Part shown: piece after piece, positions 1 to 9,938 of the stretch
How positions within the stretch are numbered: position 1 is the first letter of the stretch
How the letters are laid out: every line of letters starts with the position of its first letter
NCBI GenBank assembly: GCA_035602195.1
Contig: DATNMU010000216.1
Coordinates: forward strand, 4,853 to 68,852
Length of the DNA stretch: 64,000 bases
Reading direction: 5' to 3'
Origin: Candidatus Acidiferrum sp.
GTDB taxonomy: Bacteria > Acidobacteriota > Terriglobia > Terriglobales > Acidobacteriaceae
Notes under the pieces: generated by a model
What the model was told of the DNA's origin: nothing
What the model saw: only the letters and a program-made list of their open reading frames with translations
Database searches by the model: none
Translations under genes and position numbers: made by a program

Positions 1-1102
1 AATCGTTCAGAACGCTGTAATCGCTGCCCTTATCCTTGCCGCCAAGAATCAGGTGAATGTCCCCCGGGAACGATTCCAGCGCTTTGATGGTCGCGTCCAC
101 ATTCGTGGCCTTCGAATCGTTGTAGTAATCCACGCCCCGGATCGTGGCCACAAACTCCAACCGGTGTTCGACCGCCTTGAAGTCGCGCACCGCCTGCCGA
201 ATCTTCTCCGGCGCGCATCCCATCAGCGCGCCAGCGCACACCGCCGCCAGCACGTTCTCCAGGTTGTGGGCGCCCTTTAACGGAATTTCGGAAGCCAACA
301 TAATCTCCCGTTGCCGCTCCTCGTCGCGAAACAAAATATTCCCTTCGCGCACCCACGCCCCCAACTTCACTTCTTTTTGCCGGCTGAACCAGAACACCTG
401 CGCCCGCGTGCGCTCCGCCATCGCCACACAGGTAGGATCATCCGCATTTAGCACCGCAAAATCGTTGCCGTGCTGATTCTCAAACATGCGCGCCTTCGCA
501 TCAACATAGGCGTCAAATGTGCGGTGCCGGTCCAGATGATCGGGCGTCACATTCAACACCACGGCAATCTTCGGATGAAATGTCTGAATCGTCTCCAGTT
601 GAAAGCTCGACACTTCCAGCACAATCACCGTTTCCGGCTTCGCCCGCTCCGCAAGCGAGATTGCCGGAGTGCCAATGTTCCCTCCCACCAGCGTCGGCAA
701 CCCTCCCGCCGTCAGAATCTCTCCGGTCAGCGTCGTGGTCGTAGTCTTTCCATTCGATCCAGTGATAGCCACGATCGGCCCCGGCAAAAACTGCGCCGCC
801 AGTTCAATCTCGCCGATCACCATCTCGCCCAAAGACCGCGCCTGTTGCAGCAAAGACGCATCCACCGGAACCCCCGGGCTCACCACAATCAAATCCTGTC
901 CCCGGAACGTGCGCTCGCCATGACCTCCGGTCTCAACCGTGATGCCATGATCGAGCAGCACCGGAATCTCATTACGCAACTCGTCCCCACTCTTGGTATC
1001 GGAAACCGTAACCCGCGCTCCATGCGCCTTCAGAAAGAGCGCCGAAGCCACCCCGGACTTCCCTAGCCCCACCACCAGCACGCGTTTGTCTTTGAGTTCC
1101 AT
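1..1102 (-). CDS. murD: UDP-N-acetylmuramoylalanine--D-glutamate ligase MurD (3' end lies outside the window)
   Basis: Absent from the ORF track because it runs off the window. My reverse translation from the ATG at 1102 gives MELKDKRVLVVGLGKSGVASALFLKAHGARV...ITGSNGKTTTTTLTGEIL...DSKATNVDA. These are Mur-ligase GxGxSG and GSNGKTT motifs. The gene lies directly downstream of mraY, as in dcw clusters. Confidence 0.9.
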   Translation of the reverse strand, partial: MELKDKRVLVVGLGKSGVASALFLKAHGARVTVSDTKSGDELRNEIPVLLDHGITVETGGHGERTFRGQDLIVVSPGVPVDASLLQQARSLGEMVIGEIELAAQFLPGPIVAITGSNGKTTTTTLTGEILTAGGLPTLVGGNIGTPAISLAERAKPETVIVLEVSSFQLETIQTFHPKIAVVLNVTPDHLDRHRTFDAYVDAKARMFENQHGNDFAVLNADDPTCVAMAERTRAQVFWFSRQKEVKLGAWVREGNILFRDEERQREIMLASEIPLKGAHNLENVLAAVCAGALMGCAPEKIRQAVRDFKAVEHRLEFVATIRGVDYYNDSKATNVDATIKALESFPGDIHLILGGKDKGSDYSVLND

Positions 1103-1111
1103 TAAATGCAT

Positions 1112-1250
1112 TTCACCACAGAGTCACAGAGACACAGAGAAAACCAAGGCAAATAAAAAACTCCAAGGACAGACACCAAACTATAATCCAGCGTTGTTGC
1201 AGACAGACATGGTGTTGGTTTTCTCTGTGTCTCTGTGACTCTGTGGTGAA
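1112..1250. repeat. Perfect 36-bp inverted repeat (arms 1112-1147 and 1215-1250) around a 67-bp core; MITE/REP-like hairpin in the mraY-murD spacer
   Basis: Left arm is ttcaccacagagtcacagagacacagagaaaaccaa. The right arm is its exact reverse complement. The arm belongs to the CTCTGTG/CCTTCGTG...GTGGTGAA repeat family. Confidence 0.95.
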
Positions 1251-1272
1251 CTGCCCTTATCCCAATCGCCCT

Positions 1273-2406
1273 CTACCTCAACTTCAGCGTCGTCAACGCA
1301 AACAACGCGAACACCAGCGACGCAATCCAAAACCGCACAATAATCTTCGACTCCGACCATCCCATCAGTTCGAAATGATGATGGATCGGCGCCATCTTGA
1401 ATATCCTTTTCTTGCGCAGCTTGTACGACCCCACCTGCAAGATCACCGACATCGCCTCGATTACAAACACTCCTCCAATAAATGGCAGCAGCAATTCCTG
1501 TTTGATGATTACTGCCACAGTGCCAATCGCTCCGCCCAGCGCGAGCGATCCCACATCGCCCATAAACACCTCTGCGGGATGCGCGTTGTACCATAGAAAC
1601 CCAATCGACGACCCCACCATCGCCCCGCAAAAAATCGTCAACTCGCCCACCTGCGGCATCTTCGGAATTTCCAGATATGTCGCGAACGTCGCGTGCCCAC
1701 TCACATAAGTCAACATGGTCAACGCGCCCGCTGCAATCACCGTGCACCCGATCGCCAGCCCGTCCAATCCGTCCGTAAGGTTCACGGCGTTGCTCGATCC
1801 CACAATCACCAGCGCAACAAACGCAATGAAGGGCAGAAACGCCAGCGGCCACAAGTGCGGATAATGCTCCAGGGTCTGCACCACCAGGTTGGGATGAAAC
1901 TGCTTGATGAAAGGCACGATCAACTTGGTCGAATACAGCCCATGGTTCTGCATCGCAATCAGCATCACCGCGATCACCACGCTGGTCGCGATCTGCAGTC
2001 CCAGCTTCGCCCGTCCCGTCAAACCCAGATTTCGACGGTGCACCACCTTGGTGTAATCGTCAGTAAATCCAATCGCCGCAAATGCGCAAGTGGCAAATAC
2101 CGCCACCCAAACGAAGCGGTTGCTCAAGTCCGCCCACAGCAGCGTCGGAACCACAATCGCAATCGCGATCAGCAAGCCGCCCATGGTCGGCGTTCCCGCT
2201 TTTTTCTGATGCGCCTTCGGACCCTCTTCGCGGATGTACTGTCCAATCTGGAATTCGCGCAGCCGGTTGATCACCAGCGGACCCACGATGAGCGCGGTAA
2301 ACAGTGCGGTAAGGCTGGCGAACGCAGTGCGAAACGTCAAATAGCGAAAGATGCGAAACGGCGGAAAATAATGTTGCAGCTTCACGAACAACAGCCAATA
2401 GAGCAA
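1273..2406 (-). CDS. mraY: Phospho-N-acetylmuramoyl-pentapeptide transferase MraY
   Basis: 377-aa polytopic membrane protein with typical MraY sequence (GPxxHxxKxGTPTMGG, NAVNLTDGLDGLA, HHHFE). dcw context. Confidence 0.95.
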   Translation of the reverse strand: MLYWLLFVKLQHYFPPFRIFRYLTFRTAFASLTALFTALIVGPLVINRLREFQIGQYIREEGPKAHQKKAGTPTMGGLLIAIAIVVPTLLWADLSNRFVWVAVFATCAFAAIGFTDDYTKVVHRRNLGLTGRAKLGLQIATSVVIAVMLIAMQNHGLYSTKLIVPFIKQFHPNLVVQTLEHYPHLWPLAFLPFIAFVALVIVGSSNAVNLTDGLDGLAIGCTVIAAGALTMLTYVSGHATFATYLEIPKMPQVGELTIFCGAMVGSSIGFLWYNAHPAEVFMGDVGSLALGGAIGTVAVIIKQELLLPFIGGVFVIEAMSVILQVGSYKLRKKRIFKMAPIHHHFELMGWSESKIIVRFWIASLVFALFALTTLKLR

Positions 2407-2429
2407 TCAGCCTCCGTCTCGCGATTGTG

Positions 2430-3809
2430 TCAGTTACCACCGTCGCGACGAGTCTTCCAGATTTCTAACGCCTTCTCCAACTTCACCCCGCGCGAAGCTT
2501 TCAAAAGCACTGCGTCGCCATCCCGCGCCTCGCGTGCCAGCCATTCGCCGGCTTTCTCGGAATCGGCTGCAAACTCGGCGCGCATCCCCGCCTGCTTTGC
2601 TGCGCCCACCATCGCCTCAGCGAGGCCGCGCACGCCCAGCAACACATCGATTTTTTTCCCGGCGATATGTTCCCCGGCTTGCCGATGCAGCTCTTCGCCC
2701 GCCGGCCCCAGTTCCAGCATCTCCCCCGCAACCACGATGCGCCGTTTAGCCGCCATCCTCGCCAACGCATCCACCATTGCATCCAGGGCCTTTGGATTCG
2801 AATTGTAGCAATCGTTGATCACCGTGATGTTACCCACTTGAAGAACCTGACCACGCTTATCGGCCGCAGCCAAACTTGCCAGCGCCGCCACCGCCTCTGA
2901 AGGCTTCATCCCGCGCTCTAAGCCGACCGCAACTGCCGCCAGCGCATTCAGCACGTTATGCTCACCCACCAGCGGGAGAACCGCGTGTTCACGCACGCCT
3001 CCTATCACCACATCGAATTCAACCCCCTCGCGCCCCTTCGTCTGTATTTTTTCCGCACGCACGTCCGCTGTCGATCGAGTGCCATACATCACAACTTTCC
3101 CTTTGAACCCGCGCCCGAACTGCGAGACGTAATCGTCATCGGAGTTCAACACCGCTGTGCCATTCGCCGGCAGCGACTCGATTAATTCATATTTCGCCCG
3201 CGCAATCCCCGCCAGCGAATCAAAAAACTCCAAATGCACCGGCGCGACGTTCGTCACCACTCCAACCTCCGGATGCGCAATTGTCGCCAGCGCCCGGATT
3301 TCCCCCGGATGCGACATGCCCATCTCTATCACCGCCACCTCATATCCTGGCTCCAGTTTCAAGAGCATCAACGGCAAGCCGAAATGATTATTAAAATTTC
3401 CTTCGGACTTCAGCACGCGAAAGCGCGCGCTCAACACGTGCGCAATCGCTTCCTTCGTCGTCGTCTTTCCCGCTGACCCGGTCACTCCCACAAGCGTCTT
3501 GCCCCACAACTTCCGGACCGCTTTAGCCAAAGTTTGCAGCGCTACCAAGGTGTCTTCAACCGCCAGAAGCCGGGCCTTGTTCGCGTAGCGTCCCAACTGT
3601 TCTTTACCCACCACCGCCGCGACCGCGCCCTTTTCCAAAGCCTGCTGCACAAAATCGTGGCCATCCAGTCGCTCCCCCTTCACCGCAAAAAACAGCTGCC
3701 CCGCCCCGAGCGTCCTCGAATCAATGGAGTACCCCTCAACCACCTCTTCCGCCGAAAAATCTCCCTTCGCAGAAATGAATTCAGCGATCTTGGAAAGCGT
3801 GAGCTTCAT
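2430..3809 (-). CDS. murF: UDP-N-acetylmuramoyl-tripeptide--D-alanyl-D-alanine ligase MurF
   Basis: 459 aa with a Mur-ligase P-loop (GVTGSAGKTTTKE). Lies between murE and mraY. Confidence 0.93.
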   Translation of the reverse strand: MKLTLSKIAEFISAKGDFSAEEVVEGYSIDSRTLGAGQLFFAVKGERLDGHDFVQQALEKGAVAAVVGKEQLGRYANKARLLAVEDTLVALQTLAKAVRKLWGKTLVGVTGSAGKTTTKEAIAHVLSARFRVLKSEGNFNNHFGLPLMLLKLEPGYEVAVIEMGMSHPGEIRALATIAHPEVGVVTNVAPVHLEFFDSLAGIARAKYELIESLPANGTAVLNSDDDYVSQFGRGFKGKVVMYGTRSTADVRAEKIQTKGREGVEFDVVIGGVREHAVLPLVGEHNVLNALAAVAVGLERGMKPSEAVAALASLAAADKRGQVLQVGNITVINDCYNSNPKALDAMVDALARMAAKRRIVVAGEMLELGPAGEELHRQAGEHIAGKKIDVLLGVRGLAEAMVGAAKQAGMRAEFAADSEKAGEWLAREARDGDAVLLKASRGVKLEKALEIWKTRRDGGN

Positions 3810-3812
3810 CCT

Positions 3813-3875
3813 TTGTCATCCTGAGCGAAGGTTGCGCTTCGCGAACGCGAAGCACAACCGTAGTCGAAGGACCCC
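3813..3875. repeat. Hairpin repeat, family A (TTGTCATCCTGAGCGAAG...GTCGAAGGACC)
   Basis: ttgtcatcctgagcgaaggttgcgcttcgcgaacgcgaagcacaaccgtagtcgaaggacccc in the murE-murF spacer. Related copies lie at 20075-20139, 36237-, 37299- and 37705-, with variants at 11111, 23385, 33915, 35686 and 55059. Confidence 0.9.
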
Positions 3876-3966
3876 ATGTTTGCTGGCATTACCACCTGCT
3901 TCGCAAGGCATTCCTATCACTGCCTCATCTTCACCCCTTTCGCTCGCCAAATGAGTCACGAACTCC

Positions 3967-5478
3967 TCAACTCCCCGCCCCAACCGCCTCCCCCTCAAAC
4001 CCCGCCCCTCGTAGAGCCTCCCGCGCCACTTCCAGATCATCAAACGGAACCGATCCCTCCCGCGTCGCTTGCACCTTCTCGTGCCCTTTGCCCGCAAGCA
4101 GCACAATATCTCCCGGTCGCGCTTCAGCAATTGCCAAGGCAATCGCCTTCCGACGATCCGCTTCCACGCTGTACCTCACTCCAGTTTTCTGCAAACCCAC
4201 CAGCGCATCATTAATAATCTTCAGCGGATCTTCGGTGCGCGGATTGTCCGACGTCAGCACCACAAAATCGCTGCCCCGCCCCGCCGCCTCGCCCATCAAA
4301 GGACGCTTGGCACGATCGCGATCTCCGCCGCAGCCGAAGACCGTTAAAACACGCCCCTTAGTCCCCACGCTCGAAACCAATTCCCGTGCCAATGCTGTCA
4401 GATTTCGCAACGCATCATCGGTATGCGCATAATCCACCACCACCGTAAATGGCTGACCGCAATCGACCCGCTCAAACCTTCCCGGAACGCACGCCAGCTT
4501 GTCGATTCCCGCCGCAATCGCCTCCGCCGAACACCCTCGGGCAAAGCCCACCCCCGCCGCCGCCAGAATGTTGTACACATTCACCCGTCCAATCAGCGAC
4601 GAGAACACTGCAATCTTTCCCGTGGGCGCAACCAAATCAAACCGCGTTCCGCGCGTCGTTATCTCCACTTTCTCCGCGCGCAAATCGCCGCACTTCCATC
4701 CATACTTCAGCACTACGGAACTTCGCTTCCGGCTGAACTCCGCCAGCTTCGCTCCAGCCTCGTCGTCCACATTGGTCACCACTGCGCGCGGCGCATCGGT
4801 TCCGCACCCTTCAAACAGAACCTTCTTCGCCGCGAAATATTCTTCCATGCTCTTGTGATAATCGAGATGATCGCGGGTCAAATTGGTAAACACAGCCACA
4901 TCAAACGGCACCCCGTAAACGCGCTCCTGCGCCAGAGCATGCGAGGAGACCTCCATTACCGCCTCGGTCGCTCCGTTTCCCAGCGCTTCATTCAGAATGC
5001 GATTCAGATCGAGCGCCTCTGGCGTGGTGTGCGGCGCCGGTAAAACTTTTCCCGCCACGTGATATTCAATCGTCCCAATCACCGCGCTCTTTCGCCCCGC
5101 CGCCGTTAGAATCGCTTCCACTAGAAACGCCGTGGTGCTCTTCCCATTCGTGCCGGTAATCCCCGTAATTGCAATCCGCTCAGCCGGCTTCTTATAAAAA
5201 TTCGCGCTCACTCGCGCCAGCGCCCGCCGTCCATGCGAAACCGCGGCCCACGCCACGCCCTCGCGCGGCTTCTCCGCCGCCGAATCCGTGACTATCGCCA
5301 CCGCTCCCGCCTGAATTGCCTGATCGATAAATCGTTTGCCGTCGCTCGATTCCCCGCGCATGGCCACAAACACGCAACCCGGCTTCACCCGTCGCGAGTC
5401 GTATTCCACACCACTTACGATCGGATCCCCGCTCTGCGCGAGAACTTCCGCCCCATCCAGCACCTGTTGGAAGGTCAT
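3967..5478 (-). CDS. murE: UDP-N-acetylmuramoyl-L-alanyl-D-glutamate--2,6-diaminopimelate ligase MurE
   Basis: 503 aa with P-loop GITGTNGKSTT and a DNPR motif (LTSDNPRTEDP), which is typical of meso-DAP-adding MurE. Confidence 0.93.
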   Translation of the reverse strand: MTFQQVLDGAEVLAQSGDPIVSGVEYDSRRVKPGCVFVAMRGESSDGKRFIDQAIQAGAVAIVTDSAAEKPREGVAWAAVSHGRRALARVSANFYKKPAERIAITGITGTNGKSTTAFLVEAILTAAGRKSAVIGTIEYHVAGKVLPAPHTTPEALDLNRILNEALGNGATEAVMEVSSHALAQERVYGVPFDVAVFTNLTRDHLDYHKSMEEYFAAKKVLFEGCGTDAPRAVVTNVDDEAGAKLAEFSRKRSSVVLKYGWKCGDLRAEKVEITTRGTRFDLVAPTGKIAVFSSLIGRVNVYNILAAAGVGFARGCSAEAIAAGIDKLACVPGRFERVDCGQPFTVVVDYAHTDDALRNLTALARELVSSVGTKGRVLTVFGCGGDRDRAKRPLMGEAAGRGSDFVVLTSDNPRTEDPLKIINDALVGLQKTGVRYSVEADRRKAIALAIAEARPGDIVLLAGKGHEKVQATREGSVPFDDLEVAREALRGAGFEGEAVGAGS

Positions 5479-5696
5479 TACCGGGAATTATATGGCACGG
5501 GGACCGCTCGGAAAGAATTGCTGATCGCTGATTCTTGATTGCTGATTAGGAATTAGCAATCGTCCCCTAATGGTTTCCAATCAGAAATCAACAATCAAAA
5601 ATCAACAATTCGTTGCTGGATAAATCCTTTTACGAATGCCGCGAGGTTACCAACGGCACGTTCCCCGCCTGGCCGCCTGGCGCTAACATTTCTTCT

Positions 5697-5879
5697 ATGT
5701 CTACCGGAACCGGCCAGGCTAAATACCGCTGCGCGCAATGTGAAATGCCCGAATCCCAGTGCGAGTGCGACAAATATTGCTGCCTCTGCCAGACCACGCT
5801 CGACGTTCGGATTTGCGAGGACGGCCTGCTGTACTGCGAACCCTGCCGCTCCGCCTGCGATTACAAAACCTCCGAATAG
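5697..5879 (+). CDS. Small Cys-rich (11 Cys in 60 aa) putative zinc-binding protein. The start is uncertain: the ORF is open from a TTG at 5613.
   Basis: MSTGTGQAKYRCAQCEMPESQCECDKYCCLCQTTLDVRICEDGLLYCEPCRSACDYKTSE. GC-rich third positions match the local coding bias. I see no clear SD and recognise no family. Confidence 0.45.
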   Translation: MSTGTGQAKYRCAQCEMPESQCECDKYCCLCQTTLDVRICEDGLLYCEPCRSACDYKTSE

Positions 5880-5902
5880 CCAGCAACATTCTGCCCGCCA
5901 AA

Positions 5903-7537
5903 TCAAACCACAACCGCTTCCTTGTATTCTCCAAACACGCGCCGCATCGCGTCTGAAATCTCGCCTACGGTTGCATAAGCTTCCACAGCCTCCAGAATCC
6001 TCGGCATCACGTTCTCTCCCACGCGAGCCGCATCCTCCACTTTCTTCAAGGCTTCTTTACATGGCCCCGCATCGCGACGCGACCGCAGCGCTCGCACGCG
6101 CTCAATCTGTTTCGGCTCCAGCGCTGGGTCGATTTTCTGAATTGGAATCGCTTTTTCCTCTTGCACTTCGAACCGATTCACTCCTACCACGATCGCTTCC
6201 TCACGGTCCACCGCTTGCTGATACTCATACGCCGCGTTTTGAATTTCCTGCTGCACAAACCCGCGCTCGATCGCTTTCAGCATTCCACCCATTACTTCGA
6301 TCTTTCCCAGGTATTCGGCAGCGCGTTTCTCAATTTCATTCGTCAGCGCTTCGATGTAATACGAACCCGCCAGCGGATCGATCGTCTGCGGCGCGCCCGA
6401 TTCGTAGGCAATCACCTGCTGTGTGCGCAGCGCAATCCGCGCCGCCTGCTCAGTGGGCAGCGCCAGCGCTTCGTCATATGAGTTCGTATGCAACGACTGC
6501 GTCCCGCCCAAAACCGCCGCCAGCGCCTGAATCGCCGTCCGCACAATATTGTTTTCCGGCTGCTGCGCCGTCAGCGTCGATCCAGCGGTCTGCGTGTGAA
6601 AGCGCAGCATCCACGACCGCGGATTCTTCGCCTTGAAATGCTCCCGCATGATCCGCGCCCACATTCTCCGCGCCGCGCGGAACTTCGCCACTTCTTCCAG
6701 AAAATTGCTGTGCGCATTGAAGAAAAAAGACAAGCGCGGCGCAAACTCGTCCACATCCAGCCCGGCATTGATCGCCGCCTCCACATATGCCATGCCGTTG
6801 CCCAGTGTGAACGCCACCTCCTGCACCGCCGTCGATCCCGCCTCGCGCATGTGATAACCCGAAATCGAAATCGTATTCCACTCCGGCACATTCTCTTTTG
6901 CCCACGAAAACATGTCTGTGATCACTCGCATCGCCTGCCGAGGCGGATAAATATAGGTCCCCCGCGCAATGTATTCCTTCAACACATCGTTCTGCACCGT
7001 CCCCGAAAGCTTGCTCATGTCCGCACCCTGCCGCCGCGCCACCGCCACATACAGCGCCAGCAGAATCGAGCCAGTCGCATTGATCGTCATCGATGTAGAA
7101 ATCTTGGTCAGTTCGATCCCGGCGAACAACCTCTCCATATCCTCGATCGAGTCAATCGCCACTCCCACCTTGCCCACTTCACCCGCGGCCAGCGCATGAT
7201 CCGAATCCATCCCGATCTGCGTGGGCAAATCGAACGCCACCGAAAGCCCCGTGGTTCCATTCGCCAACAGATATTTGTAGCGCTTGTTCGATTCCTCGGC
7301 GTCGCCCATGCCCGCATACTGCCGCATCGTCCACAACCGTCCGCGGTACATCGTCGCCTGCACGCCCCGCGTGAACGGATATTCGCCCGGATACCCTACC
7401 TCACCCTCATAGTCCGTCCCCTTCAGATCCGCCGGCGTGTAGAGCGGCTTCACGGCAATGTGGGAAGAAGTTTCCGGATCAAGCGAAACCGCGCTGCTCC
7501 CACCGGACATTCGACCTTTCAGATCTGATCCAGCCAT
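5903..7537 (-). CDS. Methylmalonyl-CoA mutase family protein, catalytic (TIM-barrel) subunit only
   Basis: From the internal ATG at 7537: MAGSDLKGR...YTPADL...[24 protein letters not shown]...[13 protein letters not shown]...[14 protein letters not shown]. This is a classic acyl-CoA mutase large-domain sequence. The first 53 aa of the tracked ORF are translated repeat DNA. No B12-binding domain is present in this ORF. Confidence 0.88.
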   Translation of the reverse strand: MAGSDLKGRMSGGSSAVSLDPETSSHIAVKPLYTPADLKGTDYEGEVGYPGEYPFTRGVQATMYRGRLWTMRQYAGMGDAEESNKRYKYLLANGTTGLSVAFDLPTQIGMDSDHALAAGEVGKVGVAIDSIEDMERLFAGIELTKISTSMTINATGSILLALYVAVARRQGADMSKLSGTVQNDVLKEYIARGTYIYPPRQAMRVITDMFSWAKENVPEWNTISISGYHMREAGSTAVQEVAFTLGNGMAYVEAAINAGLDVDEFAPRLSFFFNAHSNFLEEVAKFRAARRMWARIMREHFKAKNPRSWMLRFHTQTAGSTLTAQQPENNIVRTAIQALAAVLGGTQSLHTNSYDEALALPTEQAARIALRTQQVIAYESGAPQTIDPLAGSYYIEALTNEIEKRAAEYLGKIEVMGGMLKAIERGFVQQEIQNAAYEYQQAVDREEAIVVGVNRFEVQEEKAIPIQKIDPALEPKQIERVRALRSRRDAGPCKEALKKVEDAARVGENVMPRILEAVEAYATVGEISDAMRRVFGEYKEAVVV

Positions 7538-7547
7538 GACTTTAACT

Positions 7548-7637
7548 TCCTTAGTGAATCTTAGTGCCCTCTGTGGTGAATGGTTTTGACTCTCCTGCGT
7601 GCACCTTAGTTCCCTTCGTGGTGCATGGTTTTGCTCT
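7548..7637. repeat. Repeat family E (CTTAGTG/CCTTCGTG heptamers ending GTGGTG[AC]ATGGTTTTG), two tandem units
   Basis: ccttagtgaatcttagtgccctctgtggtgaatggttttga...caccttagttcccttcgtggtgcatggttttgc. Other copies lie at 1112/1215, 22602-22644, 41011-41042, 42187-42229 and 55001-55039 (inverted). Confidence 0.85.
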
Positions 7638-7962
7638 TCCGCCGAACCCTCCAGAACGAACTCACTCCAAACCAAGCGAACGTCACAGTGAAACAAATTG
7701 CTACCGCAACCCGCCCGAAACCAGCCTTCCCCGCCTGATATTTCGCGTACTCATGCGCCGCTCCAGCCCCGCCGCTCGCGGACATGATCAGGAAGACAAG
7801 TCCCGTAACTTCCAGCCACAACTGGTGTAACACTTTCCCGAAAGCGCGGGCGGTAGTCCACACGGCACCTTTTACCGCACGCGCCGTCCGGCTGCGCTTC
7901 ACCTGCTGTCCGGCGACGCGCGCGACTACCCCTACCTTTTGTGCGGTAGAAACCTTACTCAC
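7606..7962 (-). CDS. Hypothetical small membrane protein
   Basis: 118 aa with two hydrophobic segments ([34 protein letters not shown]). The C-terminal residues are encoded by family-E repeat DNA. No recognisable family. Confidence 0.4.
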   Translation of the reverse strand: MSKVSTAQKVGVVARVAGQQVKRSRTARAVKGAVWTTARAFGKVLHQLWLEVTGLVFLIMSASGGAGAAHEYAKYQAGKAGFGRVAVAICFTVTFAWFGVSSFWRVRRKSKTMHHEGN

Positions 7963-8044
7963 GACTCGATTTTAACAGTCTCCCGGTCTACAATGACGCA
8001 AACCTGTGCTTCGCGCTAAACCGTTCCGCCGCCGCAGGCATCTA

Positions 8045-8359
8045 ATGGAACAAGAACGGCAATTCGGGGGAGACCACGTGGACGATCGATTGAAAGAACT
8101 CATGAAGGAACTTGGCGAAGCCATCAACGAATCTCTCTCCGATTCCGAACAGATCGCCGAAGTCGTCTCCCGCATTAAGGAAGGCGGCTACGATATTTTT
8201 CTCGTCCTCGAAGCCACCATCGGTGTCAGCAAGCAGGGCGACAAGAACGCCGATAAGACTTCTCTTGTCACCACTCTTTCCACCAACCCTGAATTCAAAG
8301 TCAACGATCAGGATCTCAAATTCCTCAAGTCCCTCCGCATTAAGGTCGAAGAAAAATAG
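8045..8359 (+). CDS. Hypothetical acidic protein
   Basis: ORF 8006-8359. The likely start is MEQERQFGGDHVDDRLKELMKELGEAINESL... The composition looks coding, but I recognise no family. Confidence 0.45.
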   Translation: MEQERQFGGDHVDDRLKELMKELGEAINESLSDSEQIAEVVSRIKEGGYDIFLVLEATIGVSKQGDKNADKTSLVTTLSTNPEFKVNDQDLKFLKSLRIKVEEK

Positions 8360-8648
8360 CTTCCAGAAACCCTCGACAAATTATGTGGCGACAGCCGCCC
8401 TCGGCTGTCCCGGCTTGGGCGAAGCCCAGCCGGCGCCTGCCACAAGCCCCGACTTGGTTCCCATCCGCGAAAAGCGCAAGACGAAGTGCGTTTCGCCGAT
8501 GTTTCAGTGGGCCCGATCCGTCAATTAAGAGTTAGCCCTCCTTCCGTTCCATACCGTACCCGGCAACATTCCGTCCTGTGCTACCATCTACTGTTTTCCG
8601 GCGAGGCCGTTTCCGCGACGCACCTCCGCCGGGGTCAGAGCCAGTCCG

Positions 8649-9899
8649 ATGAAAGACACCCTCGGAGTTCTTCTCGCAGGCGGCGCCGGAGAACGCCTCT
8701 ATCCTCTTACCCGCGACCGCGCCAAGCCTGCTGTCACCTTCGGCGGAATGTACCGCATCATCGACATCACTCTTTCCAACTGCCTCAACTCAGACCTTCG
8801 CTGCGTCTACATCCTCACCCAATACAAAGCTCTCTCGCTGAACCGCCACATCCGCGAAGGCTGGAACATCCTCGGCCGCGAAGTCGGAGAGTTCATCGAA
8901 GTCCTGCCGCCCATGAAGCGCGTCAGCGACCAGTGGTATCAGGGCACTGCCGACGCCGTTTATCAGAACATTTATTCCATCGGCTCCGAGCAGCCCAAAC
9001 ACGTTCTGATTCTCTCCGGCGATCACATCTACAAAATGGATTACGGCAAAATGATGAAGCAGCATCTCGATGCCGCTGCTGACATCACCCTGGCGACCAT
9101 CCAAATCGACCTCGACGAAACCGTCCGCTTCGGAGTGGTCGACGTCGACAATGATGGCCGCATCAACGGCTTTGAGGAAAAGCCCAAAGAAACCAAGCTG
9201 CGCTCTCCGTGGAATCCAAACAAAGTCGCCGGATCGATGGGTGTCTATCTCTTCAATGCCGACGTCCTCATTCCGGTTCTTCTCAAAGACGCCGAAGATC
9301 CCACCTCCAGCCACGATTTCGGCAAAGACATTCTGCCCAAGATGGTCGACGACTACCGCGTCTTCGCCTATGACTTCCTCGACGAAAATAAAAAAGAGGC
9401 GCTCTACTGGCGCGACGTGGGCACGCTGGAGGCCTACTACGAAGCCAACATGGATATCGTCGCCGTCTCGCCCATCTTCAATCTTTACGATCACGAGTGG
9501 CCCATTCGCACTCACCAGCGCCAATATCCGCCCGCGAAATTTGTCTTCGCGGAAAAAGATCGCATGGGCACCGCGCTCGACTCCATCGTCTCCAACGGCT
9601 GCATCGTCTCCGGCGGCACGGTCAGGAATTCCATTCTCTCGCCCGACGTCCGCGTAAACTCTTATTCCGACGTCGATTCCTCCATCCTCTTCTCGCACGT
9701 CGCCATCGGACGCCACTGCCGCGTCCGCCGCTGCATCATCGACCGCAACGTCCATCTCCCCGAAGGCACCACCATCGGCTACGACACCGAAGCCGACCGC
9801 TCCCGCTACTTCGTCACCGATAGCGGCATCACCGTCGTCACCCGCGATTACTCGCTGTTCGAAAATCCGGTGACCGTGGATTACTTCACCAGCGAGTGA
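8649..9899 (+). CDS. glgC: Glucose-1-phosphate adenylyltransferase
   Basis: 416 aa. N-terminus LLAGGAGERLYPLTRDRAKPAVTFGGMYRIIDITLSNCLNS followed by a C-terminal left-handed beta-helix region; typical GlgC. Confidence 0.93.
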   Translation: MKDTLGVLLAGGAGERLYPLTRDRAKPAVTFGGMYRIIDITLSNCLNSDLRCVYILTQYKALSLNRHIREGWNILGREVGEFIEVLPPMKRVSDQWYQGTADAVYQNIYSIGSEQPKHVLILSGDHIYKMDYGKMMKQHLDAAADITLATIQIDLDETVRFGVVDVDNDGRINGFEEKPKETKLRSPWNPNKVAGSMGVYLFNADVLIPVLLKDAEDPTSSHDFGKDILPKMVDDYRVFAYDFLDENKKEALYWRDVGTLEAYYEANMDIVAVSPIFNLYDHEWPIRTHQRQYPPAKFVFAEKDRMGTALDSIVSNGCIVSGGTVRNSILSPDVRVNSYSDVDSSILFSHVAIGRHCRVRRCIIDRNVHLPEGTTIGYDTEADRSRYFVTDSGITVVTRDYSLFENPVTVDYFTSE

Positions 9900-9938
9900 A
9901 ATGCCACTTTCCTGCCTTGCCCAGTATTCGGAGGAACC

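Noticed and set aside
470-1066. 198-aa plus-strand ORF and neighbouring plus-strand ORFs (53-280, 144-476, 517-744, 669-923) opposite murD
   Set aside because: They are Arg/His/Pro/Ser-rich with no motifs and lie antisense to a clear MurD reading frame. These are typical shadow ORFs of high-GC DNA.
1693-2808. 371-aa plus-strand ORF spanning mraY and murF
   Set aside because: It is antisense to two unmistakable genes. Its composition (R, Q, H, S runs) is non-protein-like.
5740-7528. Plus-strand ORFs 5740-6636 (298 aa) and 6488-7528 (346 aa)
   Set aside because: They are antisense to the acyl-CoA mutase gene, whose translation carries clear family motifs.
7538-7696. N-terminal 53-codon extension of the mutase ORF ([13 protein letters not shown]...[30 protein letters not shown])
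   Set aside because: This part is the translation of family E repeat DNA. The conserved protein begins at the internal ATG at 7537.
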